From NCBI RefSeq assembly GCF_001194135.2, contig NC_069001.1, forward strand, positions 12,695,057 through 12,758,711: DNA of 63,655 nucleotides, in the 5' to 3' direction. The notes under the pieces were generated by a model. That model was not told the DNA's origin. It ran no database searches and saw nothing but the letters and a program-made list of their open reading frames with translations. Position numbers and translations under genes: made by a program. Positions 41,724-53,301 of this stretch are shown here, one piece after another. Source of the DNA: Octopus bimaculoides. Lineage: Eukaryota. Within the stretch, counting starts at the first letter, position 1; each line of letters starts with the position of its first letter.

Positions 41724-42023
41724 TCTAGAAACATGGTTGTTTTACTCATCATCCTTAAAGAAACCTTATTCTGGGAGGTTTTTAGCGGGATGAACTACTC
41801 ACCCTGAAGAGAATTCTAACTGGACCCCAACTGAGTCATGCACTCTTTATGTTGATATAAAATCATCATGTCGCGTACATATGGTTGTGATGCATGTGCC
41901 TGGTGTACCCCTATCAGACGCGTAGTCATTACGGGTGTATTAGACTTCGTATGTTTGTACCCCTGTGTCACTTTGATGGCATGCGCTGCTCTCTCACTCA
42001 ATAATAATAATAATAATAATAAT
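41724..42023 (+). mobile_element. Non-LTR retrotransposon-type 3' end with (AAT)n tail, copy 1
   Basis: ctgaagagaattctaactgg...ggttgtgatgcatgtgcctggtgtaccc...gtgtcactttgatggcatgcgctgctctctcactc followed by (AAT)n. Confidence 0.75.
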
Positions 42024-42035
42024 AGTCTCTCATGG

Positions 42036-42345
42036 CTTCTGGAAACATGGGTGTTTTACTTAACATTCTTAAACAACCCTTATTCATGGACCTTTTGAGC
42101 GGGATGGGCTACTCGACCTGAAGAAAATTCTAACTGGGTCCCACCAGCGAGGTCATGCGCTGTTTATCTTGATATGAGATCACCAGGTCGCGCACATGTG
42201 GTTGTGATGCATGTGCCTGGTGTACCCTTATCAGACGGGTAGTCGTGATGGGTATAATGGGCTTCGTATATTTGTACCCCAGTGTAACTTTGATGACATG
42301 CACTGCTCTCTCACTCAATAATAATAATAATCATAATAATAATAA
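42036..42345 (+). mobile_element. Non-LTR retrotransposon-type 3' end with (AAT)n tail, copy 2
   Basis: Collinear with copy 1 from ctggaaacatgg to ctgctctctcactc, followed by (AAT)n. Confidence 0.78.
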
Positions 42346-42381
42346 CAACATTATTAACAATAACAATATTATCGTTATCAG

Positions 42382-42520
42382 TATGTAACTGGTACTTATT
42401 TTATTGACCCCCCGAAAAGGACAAAGGGTAAAGCAGACCTCGATGAACTTTGAACACTGAATATTTTCGTGCTGAGCATTTTGTCCCGCGCGGTAACGAT
42501 ATTCATCAATCGCCGCCTTA
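42382..42520 (-). mobile_element. SINE family A fragment
   Basis: aactggtacttatttttattgacccc...gacctcg...caatcgccgcctta is the reverse complement of the family-A core and head. Confidence 0.7.
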
Positions 42521-42843
42521 ATAGCAGTAAATGACAGAACGCTACATTATACCACTTCAAGCTCCCGCCTGTCCGCTAGAAACTATGAAGATAACAGTTG
42601 TATACGAATACACACACGCACGCACGCAACATACGCGTGCACACACACACGTAACTGTAATTTCATATCGAACAGCATATTATATCTGGAAAGTACGACA
42701 TGACTGGAGTTAAATACAACATTTATTGGATAATTATTATAACAAATAATAGATTGGCGTATATTACAATCTCCTTTCAGATAATGCAAATCTTTCGTAA
42801 AAGCATTCATCAATTTATCTGCTGATGTATTATATAATTGCAT

Positions 42844-43285
42844 GAGGCAACGAACTGGCAATAATGTCTGACAAACGCTGGGCAAATGCATTTCGACCGC
42901 TTTTATGTTCTCAGTTCAATTTTCGCCAAGGTTACCGTTGCCTTTCGTCCTCTCAGGGTCTATAAATTATATAGTAGCCTGCAGTGGAGTCGATGTAATT
43001 GGCTTATACCCCGCCTCGAAGTTGCTTGCCTTGTGCCAAAATTTGAAAGCAATACATTGTGGAATTGCATAAAGTGTGAGTTGGCAGATTTGGTAGCACC
43101 GGGCTAAAATGCTTCGTAGCATTTCGTACGTCTTTACGTTCTGAGTTCAAATTACCCCGAGTTCGACTTTGCATTTTATCCTTTCTGGTCGACAAAATAA
43201 GTACCAGGAGAGCACTGGAATCGATGTAATCGCCTCCAGCTCTTCTTTGAGGTTGCTGTCGCGTGTAAAAAGTTGAAATGAATAC
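42844..43285 (+). mobile_element. Two tandem diverged SINE family A copies (~42844-43050 and ~43077-43285)
   Basis: Each shows a ctggca/ttggcaga head, gttct(c/g)agttcaa, ttgc(c/a)ttt..tcct and gtcgatgtaat or atcgatgtaat. Confidence 0.8.
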
Positions 43286-43554
43286 ATTATATACGTCCAT
43301 AATTTAAATATGTCTAACATGGAAAACACTCATTAAGAAGTCGTTAATTGTTACACCGCTATGTTATTATACCACATTTGTGTCAATATAAATATTTCGT
43401 TATGTGTGTGTATAGATGAGAGTATCACTATCTCTTATTCTCATATGCAACTGCTCTTCTGTGGTCATTGCTAATTATGACACGTCGTCAAATGGCGAGA
43501 ATAAAATTTCATTAATCAAGAATTATATTGTATGGTATTAAGTTGTACTGAAGT

Positions 43555-43862
43555 CACTGGCTAAGTGGTTAGTATATTTCACTCTCTATAGTAAGATCGT
43601 GAGTTGGAAAACCGCCGGTGTGCTGTGTTTTTGAGCAAGACACTTTATTTAACGTTGCTCCAGTCTACTCACCTGGTAAAAATGAGTTGTACCTGTATTT
43701 CAAAAGACTAGCCTTTTCAAGATAAATCTCCCTGAGAACTACGTTAATGGTACGCATGTTTGTGGATTGCTCAACCACATGCATTCATTTTAATGAGCGC
43801 GCTGTTCCGTTGATCGGATCAACTGGAAACATTGTCGTCGTGACCTACCTGAGCGCCACTTC
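43555..43862 (+). mobile_element. Chimeric SINE: family-C head and body with family-D tail
   Basis: tttttgagcaagacactttatttaacgttgctccagtctactcacctggtaaaaatgag (family C), then ccctgagaactacgttaa...gctgttccgttgatcggatcaactggaa (family D). Confidence 0.8.
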
Positions 43863-44151
43863 TTTTTGTTAGTGACGATTATGAATTATTTACTTTTGCT
43901 TATTTTTGTTTAAATTATAGAAATTAGCTAAACCATAGATGTGTTCTACTCTTTTTGTATAAGTCTAAATCTCTCGGCCACTGGGCGTAAGGTTGGAGAG
44001 CTGTAGTGCTGATGATATCTCTAAATGCAGAAACTCGTGCTCGTGACTGTCCACGTTCCTCCAAACGATTAACCTGCCCAGGTTATTTGCCGTGACATCT
44101 TTCGAGAATTCTTCGTTCGTGAGCTATCTATCTATCTATCTGACTGTCTGT

Positions 44152-44706
44152 CCGTTCTCACTCAACTCCTGTAGTACCTAAACATCGTAGCGATTTGTGT
44201 ACCCAAGCTTTACCAGGTGCCCATGAACGACGGATTTTGATAGGTTGAGGCTTTCTGCCAATTCTCGGGTTGTGCAATGTGGGTTATTCTCAGTTAATGT
44301 CTTGATTTGTCATCATCTGTAGTGGATGGTTTGCAAGTTCACTCTTTATCAATAAGGCTACAATCTCCAGCTCGGAACTTTGCGAACTACATCCGTACAG
44401 TTCTTTCAGATGAAGAAACATCACCGTAAACTGCGCATATTTCTTTGGTTGCTTGTGAGGCATTTTTCCCTTTACGGAAAAAGAAAAGCATCAAGTGCAG
44501 AAAATGAACTTTCTTATCTTCCATTTTAAAGAGTTAAAGAATTAACACAGGTTATAAGAACATAAACCATCTTCTACGAAAAGATAGCTTAAACTATGCT
44601 CTAAATGGAGGTGTAGTCAAATCCTATTTTATGGATTCAACCATGTTCTAAAATAAGTCGAAAGGTAATTTATTATAAATCGGCACGAAATTTCCGGATG
44701 ATCCAA
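44152..44706 (-). mobile_element. mariner (D,D34D family) element 5' half: terminal inverted repeat plus N-terminal transposase pseudogene
   Basis: ATG at 44524 reads MEDKKVHFLHLMLFFFRKGKNASQATKEICAVYGDVSSSERTVRM*FAKFRAGD...TTDDDK...NPHCTTRELAESLNLSKSVVHGHLVKLGYTNRYDV*, the bipartite HTH region of mariner transposases, with stops and a frameshift. TIR-like ttggatcatccggaaatttcgtgccgattt ends at 44706, next to TA. Confidence 0.92.
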
Positions 44707-45102
44707 TATTTCTCCACATTCACAAAGTATAAAAGAAGAATAAAAAACCACCTTATATTCCCTACTCAATTTAATTAGTGGAAATGGAAAAGTATTTTCT
44801 GAAGTGTTCGCAGCGTCCATTAATTTATCTGTTCTTTAAAAACAAATGATATGATATTGGTTTTATTGTTGATGTACTCAAGGTTAAATGCTTGGATTGT
44901 AGGCTTTGTGATTGTAATAATAAAATAATGATCCAAAATTCTGACTACATCCTCCTACTTAATATACTACACTCTACACCATTTCAAACAAGCTATACAG
45001 ACGCACATATGAATGTGTGTGTGTGCGTGTGTGGCAGCGTGTGCGTGCGTGCTGTGTGTGTCTTTGTGTATGCGTATGTGTATATATGTGTTTGTTTATA
45101 TA

Positions 45103-45147
<45 letters not shown>

Positions 45148-45326
45148 ATATATGTATGTATGTAGGTATGTATGTTTACATATAATAATGACAATAATAC
45201 CTAATATGTGGAAAATTGTTACGGAATGAACGCGTTTGGTGGAGAAATATGTTATGATGCGTTAATAGTGAAGAAAGCCTATAAATTTCCATTCGAACGC
45301 TATTATTGTTATTATTAAATTTATTC

Positions 45327-45540
45327 TGAAGGCGACGAGGTGGCAGAAACATTCGCACGTCTGGCAAATTGCTTACCGACATTTGGTCCGTTCTTACGTC
45401 CTGAATTCAAATTCCTACTTTGCCTTTCATCATTCCGGGGTCGACAAAATAAATACTAGTGAAACTGTGGAGTCGATATAATCGACTAGTTCCCTCCCAT
45501 AAAATGTCAGGCCTTGTGTCTATAGTAGAAAGGATTATAT
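45327..45540 (+). mobile_element. SINE family A, near full length
   Basis: tgaaggcgacgaggtggcagaa...ctttgcctttcatc...ggggtcgac...ggccttgtgtctatagtagaaaggatta. Confidence 0.9.
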
Positions 45541-45547
45541 TTATTGT

Positions 45548-45603
45548 GAAGGCGGCGAGCTGGCAGAATCCTTAGCACGCTGGGCGAAATAGCATGGCGG
45601 TAT
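45548..45603 (+). mobile_element. SINE family A head only, ending in a TA microsatellite
   Basis: gaaggcggcgagctggcagaatccttagcacgctgggcgaaat. Confidence 0.85.
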
Positions 45604-45625
45604 GTACACATATATACATATACAT

Positions 45626-46012
45626 GTGGAGGCGCAATGGCCCAGTGGTTGGGGCAGCGGTCTCTCGGTCATAGGATCGCGGTTTCGATTCCCAGACCGG
45701 GCGTTGTGAGTGTTTATTGAGCGAAAACACCTAAAGCTCCACGAGGCTCCGGCAGGGGATGGTGGCGAAACCTGCTGTACTCTTCCACCACAACTTTTTC
45801 TCACTCTTACTTCCTGTTTCTGTTGGGCCTGTAATTCAATGGGTCAGCCTTGTCACACTGTGTCACGCTGAATATCCCCGAGAACTACGTTAAGGTTACA
45901 CGTGTCTGTGGAGTGCTCAGCCTCTTGCACGTTAATTTCACGAGCAGGCTGCTGTGTTGATCGGATCAACTGGAACCCTCAACGTCGTAAGCGACGGAGT
46001 GCCAACAACAAC
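45626..46012 (+). mobile_element. SINE family D, full length
   Basis: Collinear with the reverse complement of 35723-36113, from gtggaggcgcaatggcccagtgg to gccaacaacaac. Confidence 0.95.
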
Positions 46013-47100
46013 ATATATATATATATATNNNNNNNNNNNNNNNNNNNNNNNNNNNNNNNNNNNNNNNNNNNNNNNNNNNNNNNNNNNNNNNNNNNNNNNN
46101 NNNNNNNNNNNNNNNNNNNNNNNNNNNNNNNNNNNNNNNNNNNNNNNNNNNNNNNNNNNNNNNNNNNNNNNNNNNNNNNNNNNNNNNNNNNNNNNNNNNN
46201 NNNNNNNNNNNNNNNNNNNNNNNNNNNNNNNNNNNNNNNNNNNNNNNNNNNNNNNNNNNNNNNNNNNNNNNNNNNNNNNNNNNNNNNNNNNNNNNNNNNN
46301 NNNNNNNNNNNNNNNNNNNNNNNNNNNNNNNNNNNNNNNNNNNNNNNNNNNNNNNNNNNNNNNNNNNNNNNNNNNNNNNNNNNNNNNNNNNNNNATATAT
46401 ATATATATATGTATGTATGTATAATTGTATGTTTCTATACCGACCTCTCTCTCTCTCTACCTTTCTCTATATGTTATCGCATTTATTGAATGAGACATGA
46501 GACATTGTAACTCAAAAATCGCATAGAAACACTGTCATCAGAGCCGGAATCTCTCGAGAACCTTTGATACAATCACAGTAACACCGAACCAAGAAGGAGA
46601 CATGCGTTGGAACTGTTGTGATACCGAAATGAAAAACATTGGTTTCAAATAGATAGAAAGGCGATAGAAATGGGAAACTGTATAACATTATAATAACGAG
46701 TAGCGTGTGTAATGACAGGCCTGCCAGTGAAAATAAGGTTACAGAAATAAGGTTGAAACATAGCTTAAACACTTAACTATATTGTTTGCATGTATGATTG
46801 CATGTGCATTCATAGATACACATATGTCTATATATGGGTATATATGTACTTGCATATATAAATGCATGTCTATATATATATATGTAAGTAGGTACGTGTA
46901 CGTGCGTGCGTGTCTATGTAAGCATATTCATGTTCTCCACTAAATGTGTTGAGCGCCACTTGCTTTCACTTGCGTTCGCTAGAATGTACATATGTGTATG
47001 GACTTCTCACACGCTCAGTCCGTTTTTGTCTGTCTGTCTGTCTGTCTGTCTCTTTCTCTGTCACTCTCTCTCTCTCTCTCTCACTGTATATATATGTATA

Positions 47101-47131
<31 letters not shown>

Positions 47132-47983
47132 GATACTGAAATATAGGTGCATAGGCGTATACAGATATGCATTCATAGACATATATGCATGTGCGTGTAA
47201 GTCGACACAATTAAAAAATATATATGTGAATATATGTGTGTGAGATGTATGTCTGTATGTATATATATATATATGTGTGTGTGTACACACATGCACATAC
47301 ATACACACGGAACTATACAATTGGGATCAAATTCTTCAAAGCAGACTCATCAAATAAATGGAAGCCTAAATCTAAATTCCTATACACTTACAAACACACA
47401 CACATGCACACACACACACCCTAACACACACACACACACACATAGATACTCATTCATTAGCACACATATAAACTGGCACTCACGCACATGCCTTACACAA
47501 CCACGATGCAAAATACCACCACCACCACCACCACCACGGTCAATATCACCACCAGCATTTCCAACCTCACCCACGCATAAAACATACATACATACACGCA
47601 GTAAAAAGAGAAAAGATGCAAAATTCTCAATAAATACAGATTGCGTTTAATATGCAAGGTGCGAATTCTTTGAAGAGATCCAAGTCATTTCATTTATTGT
47701 TTCATTGGAGTAGAGAATTGCATAAAACTAATTGTTCTCTAACGAACTAACAGAGCCATATAAAGCATGACCAATTCCATTTAGGCGAATATTGGATACT
47801 GCAATGCGTATAATGTAACATGCCAAGTAGTGGGTTTTAATTTTTACTATGTCGTAAATGTACACATTAAAACTGCAGTAGAGCACCAGTACGCTAAAAT
47901 ATGATATACGCTTCAATGAAAGGAACGAGCGCAATTTTTCTGTGGAGGCTATAAAGAGTATGTGTGTGTGTTTGTGTTTGTGT

Positions 47984-48021
<38 letters not shown>

Positions 48022-48148
48022 ATTGCTCAGTGATATTTCTGAAAAGAATTACTCGGAAAGAAACAGTACATTAATTTTCACCTGTGAGTGACTGACGTGT
48101 GTAGTTCCGGAGTAATATACCTAAATGTATATAAGCTGATAAATATGC

Positions 48149-48240
<92 letters not shown>

Positions 48241-48394
48241 GCATATATATGTTTATAGATAAATGTGAATGTATTTATCTGTGTATATAAAGAAATATAT
48301 ATATATGTGTGTGTATATAATATGTGTATATGAGTCCGAGTGTACATTTTCATATATATATATATATATATATATACATCCGTGTTCCATATTG

Positions 48395-48426
<32 letters not shown>

Positions 48427-48761
48427 CTCGTTGCTGTTTGATAAAGCCTCTCTTTCGTCCATGACTCGTCAATGTGCCTTGTGATGTTTGAGATGAATCG
48501 CTGGTCACAGAATGATCATTAAAACTGTGGCTATAATCCTTTTCTGAGAAGTTTGTTCATCTCATATTCTGATCGATGCCCCGGTTTCTATATCATGTCG
48601 ATGCTGAATGTGTACACAGCCACAACGTCTATTTCGTCTGCTTTCTTCCAGGTCTTATCGTTTTCTGTGGAAATGTTGTATTGTTGTCGGAGTCGGGAAT
48701 GCATTTCTGAAGTGTTCTGTAAGACTTACGACTTGTAATTTGACACGTGTATATTGTTTGA

Positions 48762-49270
48762 AGAAGAAGAAGAAAAGGAGAAAGAATCAGTGGCAGCATG
48801 AGTAGAGATACAGGAAGGGAATAAAGAACGAGGAGGAGGGGGAGGAGCAGAAGGAGGAAGAATAAAAGAAGGGGAGAAAAAAATAGAAGGGGTGGAGAAG
48901 GAGAAAAGCAAGAAAAGGAAGTAGAAAAGAAAAAGGAGAAAATATAACGAAGAAGTGAAAGAACAGCACCTACAGGACTAATGATAGTAATAATATTAAT
49001 AATGAGGAGGAGAAGAAAAGAAGAAAAAAGGAAGAAAAAAGAATTAGAGGAGAAGTATAAGAAAAAGAAGGGAAAGAACAAGGAGAAAAAGAAGATAAAG
49101 AAATAGAAGGGGGAAGTATAAGAAGAAAAAGACGAAGAATAAAAAGGTGGGGAAGAAGACAAAAAAGGTGGAGAAGAAGAAGAAGAAACAGGAGGTGGAG
49201 ACGAAGAAGAAGAAACAGGAGGTGGAGCAGAAGAAGAAGAAACAGGAGGTGGAGAAGAAGAAAAAGAAGA
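48762..49270. repeat. Polypurine (GAA/GGA) tract containing a 27-bp unit x3
   Basis: Nearly purine-only on +; gaagaagaagaaacaggaggtggag repeated three times at about 49175-49257. Confidence 0.92.
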
Positions 49271-49887
49271 AACGCCTTATAATTAATAGGGTCATTTTCG
49301 ATATTGCGACGATATTTGTTCAGTCCACCACAAAGAAATTCCTATTCTATTACTGATAGTGTTGCAAAGGAAAAAGGTTCACTGCAAAGTACTCCCTTTC
49401 GTTACTATAGCTACTTTTGCAAGGAAAAGTATTTCGGATAAGTATGTTCCAGGAAGGATTCTCCAGCGGGAAAGGTTTGATAGCAATGCGAGAAATTTAT
49501 TGACATAACGAAATTTGAAGAGTGTGTGGCGTCAAGAAACCTTAATTTATTTTAAATTAATTATTTACGTCTTACAATTATATTTCATTCTCATTCAGTT
49601 TATTTTGAGAAACGGGAAGCAATGATGACGAAGAAAGAAAAGAATATAAGATGAAAAAATTTACAATAGCTATGATTTGAGCGCTTGTGGAATTGCTGTT
49701 TAATAGGATCTTCCCTCCCCACTTGAGTAAAAAGAAGTCGTACGTAACCAGAAAAATATTTATAGGAAGATATGTTGTGGATTTCGAAATATATTATCCG
49801 TCCACAGAGAAGCATTTAGCTGTGAAATAATTTAATACAAGAATATCTGATGTCATGCAATATTAATATTCACGGTATGAATATATG

Positions 49888-50215
49888 ACGGCGAGAAGGC
49901 GGAATCGTTAGCACGCCGAACAAAACACGTAGCGGCATTTCGCCCGTCTCTACATTCCAAGTTCAAATTACGCCGAGATCGACTTTCCTTTCGGGCACAT
50001 ACTAAATAAGTTCCATTTAAGCACTGGGATCGATGTAAATGACTTATCCCATTCGCCGAACTTGCTGACCATGTGCCATAATTTGAAATCGCCATCAATA
50101 TGTATAGGTCGCGAACTGGTAGAATTGTTAGCGCGCCGAGCAAAACCCTTAACGGCATTTCCTCCGCCTTTACGCTCTGGGTCTAAATTTCGTCGAGGTC
50201 GACCTTGCATTATAT
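49888..50215 (+). mobile_element. Two tandem SINE family A copies (~49888-50095 and ~50107-50215)
   Basis: gaatcgttagcacgccg...gttcaaattacgccgagatcgacttt, then actggtagaattgttagcgcgccg...gaggtcgaccttgc. Confidence 0.82.
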
Positions 50216-50615
50216 AAATAGATGATAATAACAACAATAATATAGGTGATTGCAGGCCTAAAATAACATTAGATAGCTATAGAACAAAATTTTATATTAA
50301 TAAGGGTGCAACTTATGATTGCTTTGACTCGTACGCCCGACTTTAACTCATACGGCCGACTACTAATGACTTTCTGTCGTATATTTCAGTGTTATTGGTG
50401 ATTTAAATGAGGGTTTTAACTCCTCTTTCTTGAGGGTAGGCGCCTTGTACACTCTTATAATTGATATATAAACATACATATGTGTGTGTTTGTGTGTGTG
50501 TGTGTGCGAGTGTGAGTGCGTGTGTGTATACATATATGGATATGTGTATGTTTGTATATATTTCGTTTTTGGGTTTGGTTTGCAAGATTTTTTATGTGAT
50601 TTCGTGTGTTGAAGC

Positions 50616-50800
50616 ATATTCTGTTGTGTCTGGGAGAAATCATTTTCTTATTGTGCCTTAAAATTTAACACACTCACCGTTAAAATTTCCACTTATTTCT
50701 TATTTAAAAAAATAAAAATAAGAAATAAGTGGAAATTTTAACGGTGAGTGTGTTAAATTTTAAAGCACAATAAGAAAATGACTCTTCCCCAGACACAACA

Positions 50801-50806
<6 letters not shown>
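50616..50806. repeat. Long palindrome with ~90-bp arms and a 10-nt loop
   Basis: The left arm atattctgttgtgtctggg...ccacttatttcttattt (50616-50705) is the near-perfect reverse complement of 50716-50806; the right arm runs into (TA)n. Confidence 0.97.
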
Positions 50807-50846
<40 letters not shown>

Positions 50847-51059
50847 CTTATTCTAATTGGGTTTCCTAATCACACAGTGTCCGGCTCGCAGCCGCTGTGT
50901 CATTGTCTTTATTAAAGCAACCATTTGTGTTGCTCCATGTGGTGCCAGAAATTGGTCAGAAGTCAACTGTTCAACCAGTATTCGTTCTGCTGTATGTGTC
51001 TAGGGGTGGGGTGCGACAAACAAGAGTATTTATGTTTGGTAATATATCCGGTTTCTTTA

Positions 51060-51220
51060 TATTTAGCGTAAGTTGGCAGGGATTTTCTACCTTCAGCCAT
51101 CGACCGGATTAAGCACGAGATAAGGTACTAACATCGGTATACTCAACCATGGAAACCCTTGAAAGTAGTGCTACAGCATGGCTGCAAACCAATGATGTAA
51201 ACGAGTAACATAAACGAAAG
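51060..51220 (+). mobile_element. SINE family B, decayed 3' part
   Basis: gataaggtacta...gtgctacagcatggctgca...aaacgagtaa resembles the family-B tail. Confidence 0.5.
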
Positions 51221-52260
51221 AACACACGCATACATAATACATAACACATATACACGCTCACATACACATACACACACATGCCCTCACATACAAACACATA
51301 TACACAAAAAACACTTATACGCGCCTATACATACGCACATACGCACCTGTTACACACAAATACACACGCATCTATATATATATACATGTATATGTGTATA
51401 TATATATATATATATGCGCTCACATATAGAAATTGAAGAAGTTTTTATTCGATTTTTATATTAGTTTTCTTTTTTCTGTTTTGTTTATCAAAATCCTTTA
51501 TTTGTGTGTCACGTGACATATTTCGAATTGAATGTAGAAGCAAGTTTGTATTCTTTCGTTCTTTTCACATAAATTGATGATTGCTATCACGAAAGCTATA
51601 AATCTTTGAAAGAATAAAAATAAAAATAAAAATAAGACGTAAAGAAAGGAAAAGAAGAAAGATAGCAAGAAAGAAAGAAAGAAAGAAGGAAAGAAAGTAA
51701 AAAAATAAAAAAGATAGAAAGGAAGAGAAGAAGGAAAATAAACTCCCATAATGCAAGCATTGAAGATTACTGTAAAAGATTAAGTTTGCTGCAGGCTGCA
51801 CCAATATCATTTAAATGCAGCAGTAGCAGCAGCAGCAGTAATAACAACAGCAACAAATATAATAACAACAGTAATGCCAACCACAACAACAATAGCAACA
51901 AAAACAACAGAAAAAGATAAGAAGTCGATGAATCAGTAACGACAACTGTAACAAGAACAAAGAATTGCAACAAAATTAACAAGAACTATATCAATATGAA
52001 TAACAACAAAGTCGACGACAGCAATAACAACAACAACAACAACTTCTACTTAAAAGACAGAAAACATTATAGCGTAAACACATCAAAATATTTTGAATTG
52101 GTAGAGTTTATGAAACCATTAAGTAATGTTTCGTAAGTTGATGTTTGGAAAAAAAAATATATATATATTTTTAAGTTCGGCCCTAGGGAATCAGTTGTAA
52201 TAATAACAGCAATGATTGTGATAATAATAATAGCAGCAACAACAGCAATATATCATTAAT

Positions 52261-52895
52261 AAGGCGGCGAACTGGCAGAAACGTTAGCACGCCGGGCGAA
52301 TTGCTTAACGGTATTTCGTCTACCATAAGGTTCTGAATTCAAATTCCGCCGAGGTCGACTTTGCCTTTCATCCTTTCGAGGTCGATAAATTTAGTACCAG
52401 TTGTGTACTGGGGTAGATCTAATCGACTTAATCCTTTTGTCTGTCCTTGTTTGTCCCCTCTATGTTTAGCTCCTTGTGGGCAATAAAGAAATAAGAAACG
52501 TTAGCACGCTAGGCGAAATGATTAACGGTATTTCGTCTGTTTTTACCTTCTGAGGTCAAATTCCGCCGAGGTCGACGTTGCCTTTCGTCGCTTCGGAGTC
52601 GATAAATTGAGTACCAGTTGCGTACTGGGGTAGATCTAATCGACCGTCTCCCTCCCTCCAAATTTCGGGCCTTGTGCCTAGAGTAGAAAAGAATCGTAAG
52701 CACGCTGGGCGAAATGCTTCGTGGTATCTCGCCCGTCGCTAATTTCTGAGTTCAAATTCCGCGGAGGTCGACTTTGCCTTTCGTCCCTTCGGAGTCGATA
52801 AGTTGAGTACCAGTTCTGTACTGGGATCGATGTAATCGACTGGCCGCCTCCACCAAAATTTCAGGCCTTGTACCTAGAGTAGAGAAAAATTATTA
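52261..52895 (+). mobile_element. Head-to-tail trimer of SINE family A (52261-52497, 52498-52693, 52694-52895)
   Basis: One complete head (aaggcggcgaactggcagaa) and three bodies, each with aaattccgc(c/g)gaggtcgac...gtcgataa...gtaccagtt. Copy 1 has an alternative tail. Confidence 0.95.
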
Positions 52896-52908
52896 TCATT
52901 ATTATTAT

Positions 52909-53250
52909 TGGTTTCAAATTGTTGTAGAAGGCCAGCAAATTACGGGCGTGTGGTTAAGTCGACTACATCAGCTGCAGTATTTAATTGGCACTAATTTTTA
53001 ACGCCACTAAATGATGAAAGCCGAAGTCGACCACAACGAAATACTGGATGAAAGATTTGGCACAAGATAAATAATATTAGGTGGGGGTGATTAGTCAATA
53101 TCATCAGCCACAGTACTTCACTGGTACTCTATTTTATCGACCCCAGCAGAATGAAAGGCAACGTTTGTTTAGGCGGAATTTGAACGTAAAATGTCAAGAC
53201 AAATAATCGCGAATCCTTTAATGCGAGGAGTCAAAGTTTCCACCAGCGTG
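52909..53250 (-). mobile_element. Two diverged SINE family A copies in reverse orientation
   Basis: gatgaaagccgaagtcgacc and actggtactctattttatcgacccc...aatgaaaggcaa...ggcggaatttgaac are reverse complements of the core. Confidence 0.78.
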
Positions 53251-53301
53251 AAGTCTGAATAGTAATATTTAAAAACATGATGACGATGACAATGATGATG
53301 A

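Noticed and set aside
44006-44045. CTGATGA...GAAAC as a second hammerhead (also CTGATGA at 22028 and 36424, and CTGAAGA at 41783 and 42118)
   Set aside because: No stem II or stem I pairing can be drawn, or no GAAA follows at a suitable distance.
35723-46012. tRNA genes at the SINE heads (36040-36113 and 45626-45700)
   Set aside because: They have A and B boxes but no complete cloverleaf, and they continue directly into SINE bodies.
48553-48738. GPCR TM7/helix-8-like reading of the + ORF (…MLYCCRSRE…), and similarly FY*FLYITNFS at 60660-60700
   Set aside because: The NPxxY motif is absent, there are no upstream transmembrane segments, and short hydrophobic matches are expected in T-rich frames.
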